Notes under the pieces: generated by a model | Told to the model about the DNA's origin: nothing | Seen by the model: only the letters and a program-made list of their open reading frames with translations | Databases searched by the model: none | NCBI GenBank assembly: GCA_965197905.1 | Contig: CBDAOB010000003.1 | Location: 736,001 to 800,000 of the forward strand | Direction: 5' to 3' | DNA: 64,000 nt | Origin: Candidatus Latescibacterota bacterium | GTDB taxonomy: Bacteria > Latescibacterota > UBA2968 > UBA8231 | Position numbers and translations under genes: made by a program | Shown here: positions 11,020-20,603 of the stretch, piece by piece | Numbering within the stretch: position 1 is the stretch's first letter | How the letters are laid out: every line of letters starts with the position of its first letter

Positions 11020-11802
11020 TCACTCGGAGTCGTAGAATTGCGGGTAGATCGGCGAGAACAAGGTATTTTCCCACCCCAACGTGCGTATTTGCCACAGCCG
11101 CAGGATCCGACCCGGATTTCCTCTGAACTCCAGATAACCTCCAGGAAGCCGGCTGTAGAACCAGTGCTCGATCTGTAGCGCCGTTCCCGGGATCAGGTTG
11201 CGATAGTCTTTCTCGTTCAATACCGCGAACTGGCCCCAATTCAAGATGACGCCGTTGAGATCCTCGGCCGACCCCCACAGCGCGCTGACCTCGCTCGTTG
11301 CCAAAGACCTGGATAGATCAACCCTCACTACCCTGATCGGTATGTCGACATAGATGTCGCGGAACCCTACAACTATGCTGGTCTGACCCTCATCGCCGAA
11401 CAGCACCTCGCCCACCTCCGTTACCAACGCAATGGATGGGTTCCGGCTCACATAGGTTAATTCCACGGTCGAGTTTTGAATCCGAAAAAACCGGTTGTTC
11501 TCCAGGAAGGTAGCGCCTTGCAGTGGGCGGATCATGTATCCCCGAACCGATCGGAAACTCTCGTTGCTGGAGCGGTAGAACAGACTGTCGCCGTAGAGGA
11601 TCGTCAATGGGGAGATTGGAATGTCGAGCTCGGCGGGGTTTTCCCATTGAATCCGGGGCTCTTCGTACCCCAGTTCAGCCAGCAGAGCATCGGCGTCTTC
11701 CTGGGTGCTGGCCAGCGGCGAGTTGCCGCCGCTGCCGCACCCCACCACACCGACGGCAATGCCGATAAGTGATAAGAGAAGGTAGTGGCGCAACCGTGAC
11801 AT
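11020..11802 (-). CDS. Hypothetical lipoprotein with an Ig-like (Big_2-like) segment
   Basis: Lipobox VVGC; YVSRNPSIALVTEVGEV..GQTSIVV. Confidence 0.55.
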   Translation of the reverse strand: MSRLRHYLLLSLIGIAVGVVGCGSGGNSPLASTQEDADALLAELGYEEPRIQWENPAELDIPISPLTILYGDSLFYRSSNESFRSVRGYMIRPLQGATFLENNRFFRIQNSTVELTYVSRNPSIALVTEVGEVLFGDEGQTSIVVGFRDIYVDIPIRVVRVDLSRSLATSEVSALWGSAEDLNGVILNWGQFAVLNEKDYRNLIPGTALQIEHWFYSRLPGGYLEFRGNPGRILRLWQIRTLGWENTLFSPIYPQFYDSE

Positions 11803-11812
11803 GGTTGGTAAG

Positions 11813-12601
11813 TCAACAATTGGCGCCGGCAGGATCCTGCGCCGCCGGCGGCACCCGATACCAGTAGGTGTAGACATCCTCGAATCCCAGCTTGTGCTGC
11901 AAGCCCCGTGCCGGCTGATTGTTCGCCATCACCTGCAGATACGCCAGTCGGGCGCCCTGCTCATACCCCCAGCTCATGCGCGCGCCCACCAGCTTGGTAC
12001 CAAGGCCCTGGCCTCGATGCTCCGGGGCGACAAGCAGGTCAAACAGTCCAAGAAGGTCGCCCGAGCAGGCGGCGCGGGCGCAACCGACCGCCTCTCCATT
12101 CTCTCTCGCCAGCGCATACGCACTAGACGGCGGTGCGCTCCCGAGGAGTGTCCGGAGAATCTGACTGTGCTGGGTGCGGGACGAGAGCCGCTCCCAGGTC
12201 TCGAACCATTCATCCTCGGGTTCTTCACGGAGTTCGATATTGCTCGGAATCGAAGAGCCGGCATCGATCCGACGCGTCTGCACAACGGTGTCCGCATCCC
12301 GTTCATATCCCATGACCTTGAGGTGCCGATCTAGATCGACTGGTTGAGACGCAATGGTCATCTTGAAGACACAGGGCAGCGCGGCATCCTCGAAGATGGA
12401 TTCACAATGTGCCAACTTGCGATCCAAAGGCATGGTGGAATGGTACAGGGGTGTGACCGAGTTGGCGCGGCGACTGTACCCCTCCGACAGGCGCAATATC
12501 CAGCCGTCGTAATACTGGGTGCGCAGCGCCGGCAGTCCGTTGAGGGCAGCCTCCTCAAGTAAGACGATCAAGCGGGGGTTGGCCGTTTCGTCGATGTTCA
12601 T
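11813..12601 (-). CDS. GNAT family N-acetyltransferase
   Basis: GYSRRANSV, VAPEHRGQGLG, YLQVMANNQPARGL. Confidence 0.9.
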   Translation of the reverse strand: MNIDETANPRLIVLLEEAALNGLPALRTQYYDGWILRLSEGYSRRANSVTPLYHSTMPLDRKLAHCESIFEDAALPCVFKMTIASQPVDLDRHLKVMGYERDADTVVQTRRIDAGSSIPSNIELREEPEDEWFETWERLSSRTQHSQILRTLLGSAPPSSAYALARENGEAVGCARAACSGDLLGLFDLLVAPEHRGQGLGTKLVGARMSWGYEQGARLAYLQVMANNQPARGLQHKLGFEDVYTYWYRVPPAAQDPAGANC

Positions 12602-12605
12602 CTTG

Positions 12606-13304
12606 TCAAAACGCCTTGCGAAACTCTTCTACCGCCTTTGGTCCGTTGCGCTCCAAACCTTTGTAAAACGCCTCTTCGTCATGGTTGCGGAAGTCCAGGC
12701 GCTCGACATGAAAAGGTGCCAGAGGCTCGCGGTTCTTTCGGCGCTGGACCACATCCAGAAAGTAGTCGACGGCGTTGGAGAGGCTGCTGGCATCCGTCCA
12801 GTCGGACTTGTAGACGGGGAGCAGGTTGTTTCTGAAAATCCAGGACATGTTGGGCATCGAGCCATACGCCCGATGACAGGCGCCGTCCAGCACATCGAGG
12901 TAAATCTGCCGTGTGATTCCCAGCTTGTCGTGCAGGTCCCGCGCGTGGCTCGTCTTCTGTTCCATCGTCGTGAGGTGTGGGTAGTGCTCTCCCGGGTGCG
13001 CCTCATGAGTATAGATGAAAATCGAACCGACATCGCTGTTGGCCACGCGCTCGGCCAGCCTGTTCATGGATGGACCCGCCATCCCGCAATACGGTCAGGT
13101 GAAGCTCCCGAACTCTACGATCGTGTAGGTAGACGCCGCCACCACCTCCCTGAGCCTGGTTTCATTGCCGTCTAGATCCACCAGGACGAAATCGGGCGCG
13201 ACTTGACCCAAGGGGGGACTCTCTTCGAACCGCATCCAGGGTTCGAAGTTCTCTGGAACGAAAGAGTCGTAATTGTATCGAGATAGGAGATCGGTGTCGG
13301 TCAT
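12606..13304 (-). CDS. Deiodinase-like / peroxiredoxin-fold selenoprotein (in-frame UGA = Sec, UxxC motif)
   Basis: ORFs 13095..13304 and 12606..13082 are in frame: APDF...EFGSFT-TGA-PYC...IYTHEAHPG, 232 aa in total. Confidence 0.85.
13068..13084 (-). promoter_or_regulatory. Bacterial SECIS-like hairpin
   Basis: GGAUGG-CGGGU-CCAUCC. The stem starts 10 nt after the UGA and the G-containing loop 16 nt after it. Confidence 0.7.
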
Positions 13305-13405
13305 CGGTTTCGGAACAAAAACGTCATCGAAACGATCGCAAACGTCAAACCGCGCTACGAAATCGTCGCAACGCGGCTAAACAATCGCCTCTCGGCGGGA
13401 GGACG

Positions 13406-13449
13406 GGTTCGGCGCCTTGCCGCCGGTTGGTTCGGCGCCTTGCCGCCGG
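13406..13449. repeat. 21-bp direct repeat, two copies (GGTTCGGCGCCTTGCCGCCGG)
   Basis: Copies at 13406-13426 and 13429-13449, directly after the stop codon of the gene to the right. Confidence 0.85.
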
Positions 13450-14040
13450 CTACTCGGCCATTCGACGTTTTAGCCGGCCCCAACTCTCGGTTTGAACCGA
13501 GGTCGTAACAGCGCCTACCGAAATAACAGCAGGTGGCGAGTACTGGGTTGCTTCAAGAGCGCGACGCACTGAAGATACACCCCACGTTGAGTTGGTTTCG
13601 TCGTCGTACCGCATCACCGTGGCAAATACCCGAGCGCCCGCTGGGAGCGGATCGTCAGCACTCCACTCAATCCGATCAACGAGCGGCTCGGCAAGACGCA
13701 CGGTTGCGCCGCTGCCCTCTCGCCGATGGGTAACCTCAATCTCGATCCAAAGACTCTCGATGCTCCACGGTACCAGCCCGACGAACCCTTCGGCAGATCT
13801 CGTTACGCGCCCATCGCTGGCGCGCACATAATTGACTTCCACTTGCCGCCAAACCAAATAGCTGGCCTCATACGGCAGCGACTTCCAGCTGATAGTGATC
13901 GAGCGATCTGACTCCAATGCGGCTGACAGCAACTGAGGCGATTCGAGATCCCGATTCTCGACCAGGCTGCCACGCTCATCGGCAACGGTTCCCGAAGCCA
14001 GAATCAACACCGCCAGTATCAGTTTCGCGAAATACCGCAT
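13450..14040 (-). CDS. Secreted hypothetical protein with C-terminal SVQTESWGRLK motif
   Basis: Signal peptide MRYFAKLILAVLILASGTVA. Confidence 0.65.
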   Translation of the reverse strand: MRYFAKLILAVLILASGTVADERGSLVENRDLESPQLLSAALESDRSITISWKSLPYEASYLVWRQVEVNYVRASDGRVTRSAEGFVGLVPWSIESLWIEIEVTHRREGSGATVRLAEPLVDRIEWSADDPLPAGARVFATVMRYDDETNSTWGVSSVRRALEATQYSPPAVISVGAVTTSVQTESWGRLKRRMAE

Positions 14041-14258
14041 CCACGCCTCCTTATACGGACCCACCAGTTCTCCTCCTAAAACTACAATAATTTCTCCACT
14101 ATCCAAAATAAATAGCAGAGGGCCCCAATCACTCCGTTTTCATCCGCTCCAGGAAGTCCCTCTACGGCGGACGCTGACCCTGCGATAGTTTAACGCTGCT
14201 TCGACTCCCATTTTCCTAGTTGGCTGGCACGGCACCCATGCCGCTCACCCTGCTGAAT

Positions 14259-16635
14259 CTAGAACGCCCAGCTCGCGCCGATGGAGGGCAGTAGTGGGAA
14301 CCACTCCTCGTCGAAGTGTCTCTCCGTGATGAGATCGGTTCCCGGACCCAAGTACCGTACGTCGCCGGGATAACGCGCCTGGACATTGCCCCGATTATAG
14401 AGATTGACCACCTCACCGAAGACGGTGAGGCGCCCGCCGCGGAGCTTGAAGTACCTGCTGATCCTCAGATCCATCCTGTGATACGGAGGAAGTCGTGCTG
14501 CATTCCGCGGGCCGAAGGTCTCAGCGTACGGAAACGTTCCTTCGGGTACCTCGATCTGTACGTAGACCCGCTCGCTGTACGGCCACCCGGATCGATACTG
14601 CCAGGCCAGGTTGATCTGCCAGCGTGGGTTCGGACGGTAATAGCAGTCAAAGTAGATGGTATGCCGCTGATCCTGGTTCTTCGGCACGTCGATTCCGTTG
14701 AACCGCTCCTGGGCGCGAGCCAGGCCATAGCTCGTCCACCAGCTGAACCTGCCCCCGACGTCACGTTTCAGGTAGAGTTCGACGCCCCGTGCATCGCCGT
14801 GGTCCGGCTCGAGGAAGACACTTTCCTCTTCCAACTCGGGAAAGAACAAAACCTCCTTGGAGAAGTTTTCGTAGCGTGGACGAATTCGGGTAAGTTTCTT
14901 CTGATATCGTTCGAGACGCAGATCTATGCCGTTTCGGAACCCGTGCTCGAGCCCGACAACTCGGTGCTCTGCCCGCTGGCTGCGGTAAAAGATGGCCTCG
15001 CCGTAAGCCACATCCAGATCGCTGATGCTTTGTGCCTGATGGAACCGTCCCCATCCACCGCGAATAACGGTTCTCTTTCCGAAGCTGTAGACAAGGTTCA
15101 ACCGAGGACTGATGTCGTTGTCGTCGGTGTACGACGTATGGTCGTAGCGGGCACCAACCTCCAGAGTGAGTGGAGACGTTACCCTGAACCGGGTGCCAAA
15201 GTGGATCCCCAGATTGTAGCCGTCCGGCTTCAAGTCGACGTCGATGGTGTCGGTGACCGCCACTATTTCGCCGGCAGGATCTCCGGTGAGGTATTGCAGG
15301 TCCCAATTGAAATAGTCGAAGTCGGAATTGAGCCGCTTGAGGTCGAGCCCGAAGTTCAGATGTTGACGGTCGGTTGCCTCCCAGATCCAATCCTGCTTCA
15401 GATTGGCGACGTCGAAGGATCGTTGCTCGCGTATATCGAACCCGGTCAGGTTGATCTCCCGCTGTATCTCCGGTGTCCTTATGAAGATGGTGCGAAAATC
15501 GGTACCCGAGCGCCCATCGGCTACCCGGCCAAAACCCAACACGGTTTGCGCACTGAGCGTGGCGCCCAAAGAAGACCTGAGGCGTAACCAACCGTAGGTA
15601 TTCGCATAGTCGGTTTTGGCGATATCTCCGTCCTCGTTTTCGACAAACTCGAGATCGTCGTCGGCACGCAGGACATGGGCCGACAGCCGGTGACGGTCGT
15701 TCAGCTGGTACTCCGTTTTCGCCATTACGTCGTAATACTGCGGGGATATATCGTCTTCGTTCATGAGTGAGAGAACGATATCGAGATAGCCGCGGCGGGC
15801 GGAAAGGAACCAGCTACCGCGACCCTGGCCATACCGACCTTCGGTGAGGAACCGGGCATTCATCAGACTGATGCCGACAGCAGTACGGCCCGTTGCGTTC
15901 GGTTTCACCGAGGCAATGTCGAATACGCCGCTCATGTGGTTGCCGTACTGAGCCGGGAACCCACCAGTCATCATATCGATCCCGCCGATCGCCACGACGT
16001 CGACGATGCTGAGCGCCCCACCGTAGATATCCTTCATGTGGAAAGGCTCGTACATCTTGAGGCCATCCAGCATGACCAGCACCTCCTCATGCTCGCCCCC
16101 ACGAACGGTGAATTTGGATGAGAAGTCGTTTCCCGAGATGCCGGGTAGCCGTTTGATGGCGCGGTAGATATCCTCGCCGAGCTGCGGCAGGGTGTGGATG
16201 TCTTCTTTGGTAAGGGTCTGCTTGCGGACAGGGTCGTCGTGCATGATCGCGAAGCGCCCAGGTGTGACCACGATCTCACCCAGGGTGATGGGCTCGGGCT
16301 CCAAGCTGAAGTCCAGTCGAACCGCGCCGTCCGCTATCTTCACCATCGTCGCCTGCTGTGGACGATATCCCAACAGCGAAGCTTCGATCGTGTATTCGCC
16401 CGCGGGCACGCGGACGATGACGTAGCGCCCGTCCTTGTCTGCAACGGTCCCGATCGATTCAACCCACCACACGCACGACGGCGAACCCCAGGCCTTCGCC
16501 ACTACCCGCTTCCTCTGCGCGGCCCTCGACGGTACCCTGAGCGAGGCAGACACCCTTCATCAGATGTGCCGCCGCAAATGCTGCCAAGTGGGGCCGAAAA
16601 ATGTGTTTGATCAGGTATGACAGACGGATCTTCAA
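14259..16635 (-). CDS. TonB-dependent receptor; frameshift near 16460 detaches the signal peptide
   Basis: Carboxypeptidase-regulatory-like N-domain, plug (LPG..TVRGG), C-terminal barrel ending WAF. The N-terminus (TTG 16635 ...GTVEG...VVRVVG) is in another frame. Confidence 0.85.
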
Positions 16636-16689
16636 TTCACCAACGTCGTTCCTATGAGAGGACCGCGTGCGCAGGTGTAGACTCCTGGT

Positions 16690-17628
16690 TCATGACCACG
16701 TGTCGATCTCGATCAAGGCTCGGGCGATCTTCGACTTCAGCTCGGCCACCGATTCCGGCGTCCACTCGTAGAACCCCTTGCCTGCCTTCACCCCTAAATC
16801 GCCTTTTTCGACCTTCTCCTTCAACACCTGAGGCACCTCGGAGGTTGCCGAGAGGTGCGGCAGCACCCCCGATGCGACGTTCGAGATCAGGTCCCACCCG
16901 GCGATCTCGAGAATCTCGAAGATGCCTGCTACCGCCCAACGTCGACCTATGCTATTACACAACGCCATGTCGACGTCCTGCGCCTCGACCACCCCATTCT
17001 CCACCAACCAACACGCTTCCCGCAGCAATGCCATCTGCAGCCGATTGAGCACAAAACCAGGCACTTCCTTGCGTATGACGATGGGTCGCTTCCCGATCCC
17101 CTTGAGCAGTTCGGTGATGGCCGTTACGGTCTCTTCAGACGTCTGTTCGGTGGGGACCACCTCCACCAGCGGCACCAGATGGGGCGGATTGACATAATGC
17201 ACCACCAGCGCCTTGTCGCGACGGTGAATATCTGCGGTGAAGCTGCTCGGCATGAACCCCGAGGTATTGCTCGCCAGGATCGTCCGCTCGGGGCAGAGGT
17301 CGTCCAGCTCACGGAAGATCTGTTGCTTCAGTGCCAGATCCTCATGGACCGACTCGATGACTACATCCGCTGCTTGCACGGCTTTCCCTAGTTCGGCGTA
17401 TCCGTCAATCCTGACCAACGCCGCTGCAGCTCCATCTCTTGTGGTCTTCCCCACGCTCACAAGCTGATCCAAACTGGCCTCAACGTTTTCGATGCCCCGT
17501 TGCACACTCGCGTCCGACCGGGAATAGAGTGCGATCTGGTAACCACCGAGGGCGAACTCGAGGGCTAGCGCGTGCCCCATGAGGCCGGCGCCGAGCACGG
17601 TTATCTGCTTGATCTCATCAGGCTTCAT
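16690..17628 (-). CDS. 3-hydroxyacyl-CoA dehydrogenase family protein
   Basis: GAGLMG, ESVHEDLALK, LASNTS, HYVNPPHLVPLVE, PGFVLNRLQ. Confidence 0.92.
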   Translation of the reverse strand: MKPDEIKQITVLGAGLMGHALALEFALGGYQIALYSRSDASVQRGIENVEASLDQLVSVGKTTRDGAAAALVRIDGYAELGKAVQAADVVIESVHEDLALKQQIFRELDDLCPERTILASNTSGFMPSSFTADIHRRDKALVVHYVNPPHLVPLVEVVPTEQTSEETVTAITELLKGIGKRPIVIRKEVPGFVLNRLQMALLREACWLVENGVVEAQDVDMALCNSIGRRWAVAGIFEILEIAGWDLISNVASGVLPHLSATSEVPQVLKEKVEKGDLGVKAGKGFYEWTPESVAELKSKIARALIEIDTWS

Positions 17629-17650
17629 CGAACCATCCAATCCTTTCGAA

Positions 17651-18724
17651 TCAAAGCCCCGGCTGGGCTACCCGACCCGGGCTTAAGGCCATGTGCTCAG
17701 GTTGCTTGTTCCCCTTTATCCGCTCCCACAAAAGCGAAAAGAGATCGTTTCGCGAAAAATCTGCAGGGCGCCGCCGAAAATCTGTCACCGAGTTCGGATC
17801 ATCAAGGCCCCGCAACAATCGGAAGGAAAAAACATAGCTTCCGGCCGGGGTCAGCCAGCTGTCCGAGCGCCCGAATCGCAGATCGTTGAAATCGAGCTCA
17901 CCGTCATTTGCGGTAATCGTATAGTAGCCGCGCGAGAACCAAAGCAGCTTCTTCACCGGCTTCTCCTCAAGCATTGTGGCGATGAGATTCTGGTTCTTCT
18001 CGATTCGGTGAAATCGAATGTGAGAGTCCTGGTCGAATAAGGAGCGAAGACCGATCCACATATGGTCTCCGTTGTCTGCCACCCCCATCCACAGGAGGTT
18101 ATTGAGAGGCGTAGGCGTGGCGAAAAGGCGTTCGTAGGCAAGCTGCTGATCATCCAATGCAGCGGCAAATGCCGATTTCACGTGCGATTGGTTGGCCACG
18201 CCTACTAGCAGGTAGATCGTGCTCAGTCCGAGACCTACCCGATTGATCAAACGTCTCTTTGGGGAGGTCGGGTCGAAGAAAAGAGCGAGGAGCAATCCCA
18301 CAATTAGTGGCATGGTGTAGAGCGGGTCGATGATGAAGATAGTGGAAAACGCCACCGGGTAGGTGCTGAACGGGCTGAACAGCTGCGTGCCGTACATGGT
18401 AAAGCAATCGAGCAGAGCGTGCGTGAAAAATCCCAGGAAAGCCAGCAAACTCCACTCTTGCCACGTGGCACCTGTCTGTCGGTGAATTGCGAGTAGGAGT
18501 CTCCCCACTCCGACGCCCGCCACAACGGCAAAGACGACAGAGTGAGTGATGCCGCGATGGATGCCAAGCTGGGCCGTTTGCGAGACGAATGGCGAAACGA
18601 GCACATCCAGGTCCGGAATGGTTCCGGCGACGGCTCCCCAGATGGCGGCCTTCTTGCCAACCTTGCGGCCGAGGACGGCTTCCCCGACTGCCGCCCCAAG
18701 GGCGACTTGGGTTACCGTATCGAT
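17651..18724 (-). CDS. Membrane-bound metal-dependent hydrolase (YdjM-like)
   Basis: DTVTQVALGAAVG, TIPDLD, HRGITHS, THALLD..TMYGTQ, IIDP. The probable start is a non-canonical ATC at 18724. Confidence 0.85.
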   Translation of the reverse strand: MDTVTQVALGAAVGEAVLGRKVGKKAAIWGAVAGTIPDLDVLVSPFVSQTAQLGIHRGITHSVVFAVVAGVGVGRLLLAIHRQTGATWQEWSLLAFLGFFTHALLDCFTMYGTQLFSPFSTYPVAFSTIFIIDPLYTMPLIVGLLLALFFDPTSPKRRLINRVGLGLSTIYLLVGVANQSHVKSAFAAALDDQQLAYERLFATPTPLNNLLWMGVADNGDHMWIGLRSLFDQDSHIRFHRIEKNQNLIATMLEEKPVKKLLWFSRGYYTITANDGELDFNDLRFGRSDSWLTPAGSYVFSFRLLRGLDDPNSVTDFRRRPADFSRNDLFSLLWERIKGNKQPEHMALSPGRVAQPGL

Positions 18725-18870
18725 GGGACGATCTCCAGTACCAAATAATAATTGGCAGACACTGCACCTGGCCCCCAAGATACACAATCGTCGCGGACAC
18801 TTCAGGCAGAGGAAGGAGCTGCGAGAGAATGGAGAACGAAGAGGGGTGAGCTGCCGACGTGCTGGTGACC

Positions 18871-19200
18871 TTATCCGTCACGTGTGTCGGTAAGCTGAAT
18901 ATCTACCGCCTGGCACCAACCCGTGCTTGACGCATCGATCCGAATCCGATACCACGTCTCCATCTTCGACTCACCGCGTTTACCCGCATCTATGCAGAAC
19001 TTGGCCATCACCTTGATGGGGGTGCCCGGCTTCAGATGGGTGTTGACCGGCGAATGCCATCCCGGCTGCTGGCGCACCGGGAGATCCTCTTTACCCACCA
19101 CCCTGGCAGCACGCTCGGGATCGTACTCCTCGATCCCGTTGTCGCAGCCGAGGATGAACAAACTCAATAAGAAAGAGAGCGCTATCTTGGCCATATACAT
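18871..19200 (-). CDS. Small lipoprotein with an SH3-like domain
   Basis: ILGC lipobox; LPVRQQPG..LKPGTPIKV..WYRI..GW. Confidence 0.55.
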   Translation of the reverse strand: MYMAKIALSFLLSLFILGCDNGIEEYDPERAARVVGKEDLPVRQQPGWHSPVNTHLKPGTPIKVMAKFCIDAGKRGESKMETWYRIRIDASSTGWCQAVDIQLTDTRDG

Positions 19201-19448
19201 CAATGCATTGACCGACGTGAACAATGTCAACAAGCGGGCAAGTGAACGTCCGACCATCCCAGGCGTGCTTTCCGATGCTCTCGCCGGGACCATTCGGCGC
19301 GCGATACGTGCCCGAACTACCCGAGTGCGCGATTGCCGGTCTCATACTATTTTAGTAGGTATCTTATATCTTGAGTATTCTATGTTTGCAAATAATATTT
19401 TGAATCAGAAAGTGTCGGTCTACGAGCGGCGCGGCAGAAACGTCGAAC

Positions 19449-20522
19449 ATGGCAAAGCTGTCACTGCCTGACGGAGCCAAGATTGTCGACGGTAGCATTC
19501 GGTTCCAGGCTGCCGACGATCCCGATGAAACAATCAACCAGCTCCGCGGCAAACCTTTCAACGACGATGAATGCGAGGGTGTGCGGGAATTCCTCGTTGG
19601 CAATCTGTCGCTGAAGGAAACCGTAACAAAGCATCTCAGCCGCTTTCAGAATGAGGAAGAGACATCTCGTCTATTGGTCCGAGTCTGGATGCTGACCAAG
19701 TTCGGTGCGCGGTTCTCCTCCGTGCTCGACCAATTGAGTAAAAGTGTCGAAGCCGAACACGAAGACTTCACCGTAGTTTTCATGAAGCTGTATCAGCAGC
19801 TGGAGGATTACCGCAAGCGTTCGACGGAGTTGAATATTCGGCGACCTCCTGCCGTGGAACGGATCCAACTGAACATCGAGGAGTCGGCGGGGCGCAGGGT
19901 ATACTCTTGCGACGTCGAATCTCAAGGCAAACCCGTAGAGCATGCCGCGACAGACGATCGGAAGGATTCCGTCCTGCGCCGGCATATCGAGCAATTCAGG
20001 CGCATGACCGATGTGCCTGCACTGCGCAAGAGCGTCACAGCCATCGAAGAATTTCTGCTCGGACGAAAGTCACTGCAGAATTCAGTGACGTCGATGGCTG
20101 CCATGCCTTCCGGGTCTTCGCCCGCGGTTAGCGAAACCGCGGAAGAGAGAGAAGTCAATGCGGTTTCCAGTTTAATGGCAGCGTGGGTGGCGGTAGCGTT
20201 CGATCTGGCGTGGCGGGAGTTGAACGAGTACGTGAGATGGCTGTTGCGTCGTGGTGTGCCGCCGCTGGAGGAACTCTTCTACGGCCTGGTTGGTAGATTC
20301 GATAGCGTCGCAAACCTGGAAGAGGAGTACAAGCTGCACCATTCGACCATCGTTTCGCTAATGCAATACGCTATGGCACAATTGCAGCCTGCCGAAAATG
20401 AAAAAAGCGACTTGTCAAAGATCAGTTGGAAGCGGTTTGACGGCGACTCGGTGCCAGTCGAGCAGCGCCCGGAGGTTGCCGAGAAATTGATGCAGGCGCT
20501 TCAAGATTCGGACTCGTCTTAG
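19449..20522 (+). CDS. Hypothetical protein (helical, no recognised domain)
   Basis: 357-aa ORF following an AT-rich promoter-like stretch. Confidence 0.65.
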   Translation: MAKLSLPDGAKIVDGSIRFQAADDPDETINQLRGKPFNDDECEGVREFLVGNLSLKETVTKHLSRFQNEEETSRLLVRVWMLTKFGARFSSVLDQLSKSVEAEHEDFTVVFMKLYQQLEDYRKRSTELNIRRPPAVERIQLNIEESAGRRVYSCDVESQGKPVEHAATDDRKDSVLRRHIEQFRRMTDVPALRKSVTAIEEFLLGRKSLQNSVTSMAAMPSGSSPAVSETAEEREVNAVSSLMAAWVAVAFDLAWRELNEYVRWLLRRGVPPLEELFYGLVGRFDSVANLEEEYKLHHSTIVSLMQYAMAQLQPAENEKSDLSKISWKRFDGDSVPVEQRPEVAEKLMQALQDSDSS

Positions 20523-20603
20523 CACAGGAAACCAAGGTTCCCACCTCGGGGTCAGCTCACCTAGAATTCATACTCCCGCCGCCGGCGCGCCCTCTCCTCA
20601 CGA

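Noticed and set aside
13406..13449. Possible CRISPR array
   Set aside because: Only two copies separated by 2 nt, with no spacers and no cas genes.
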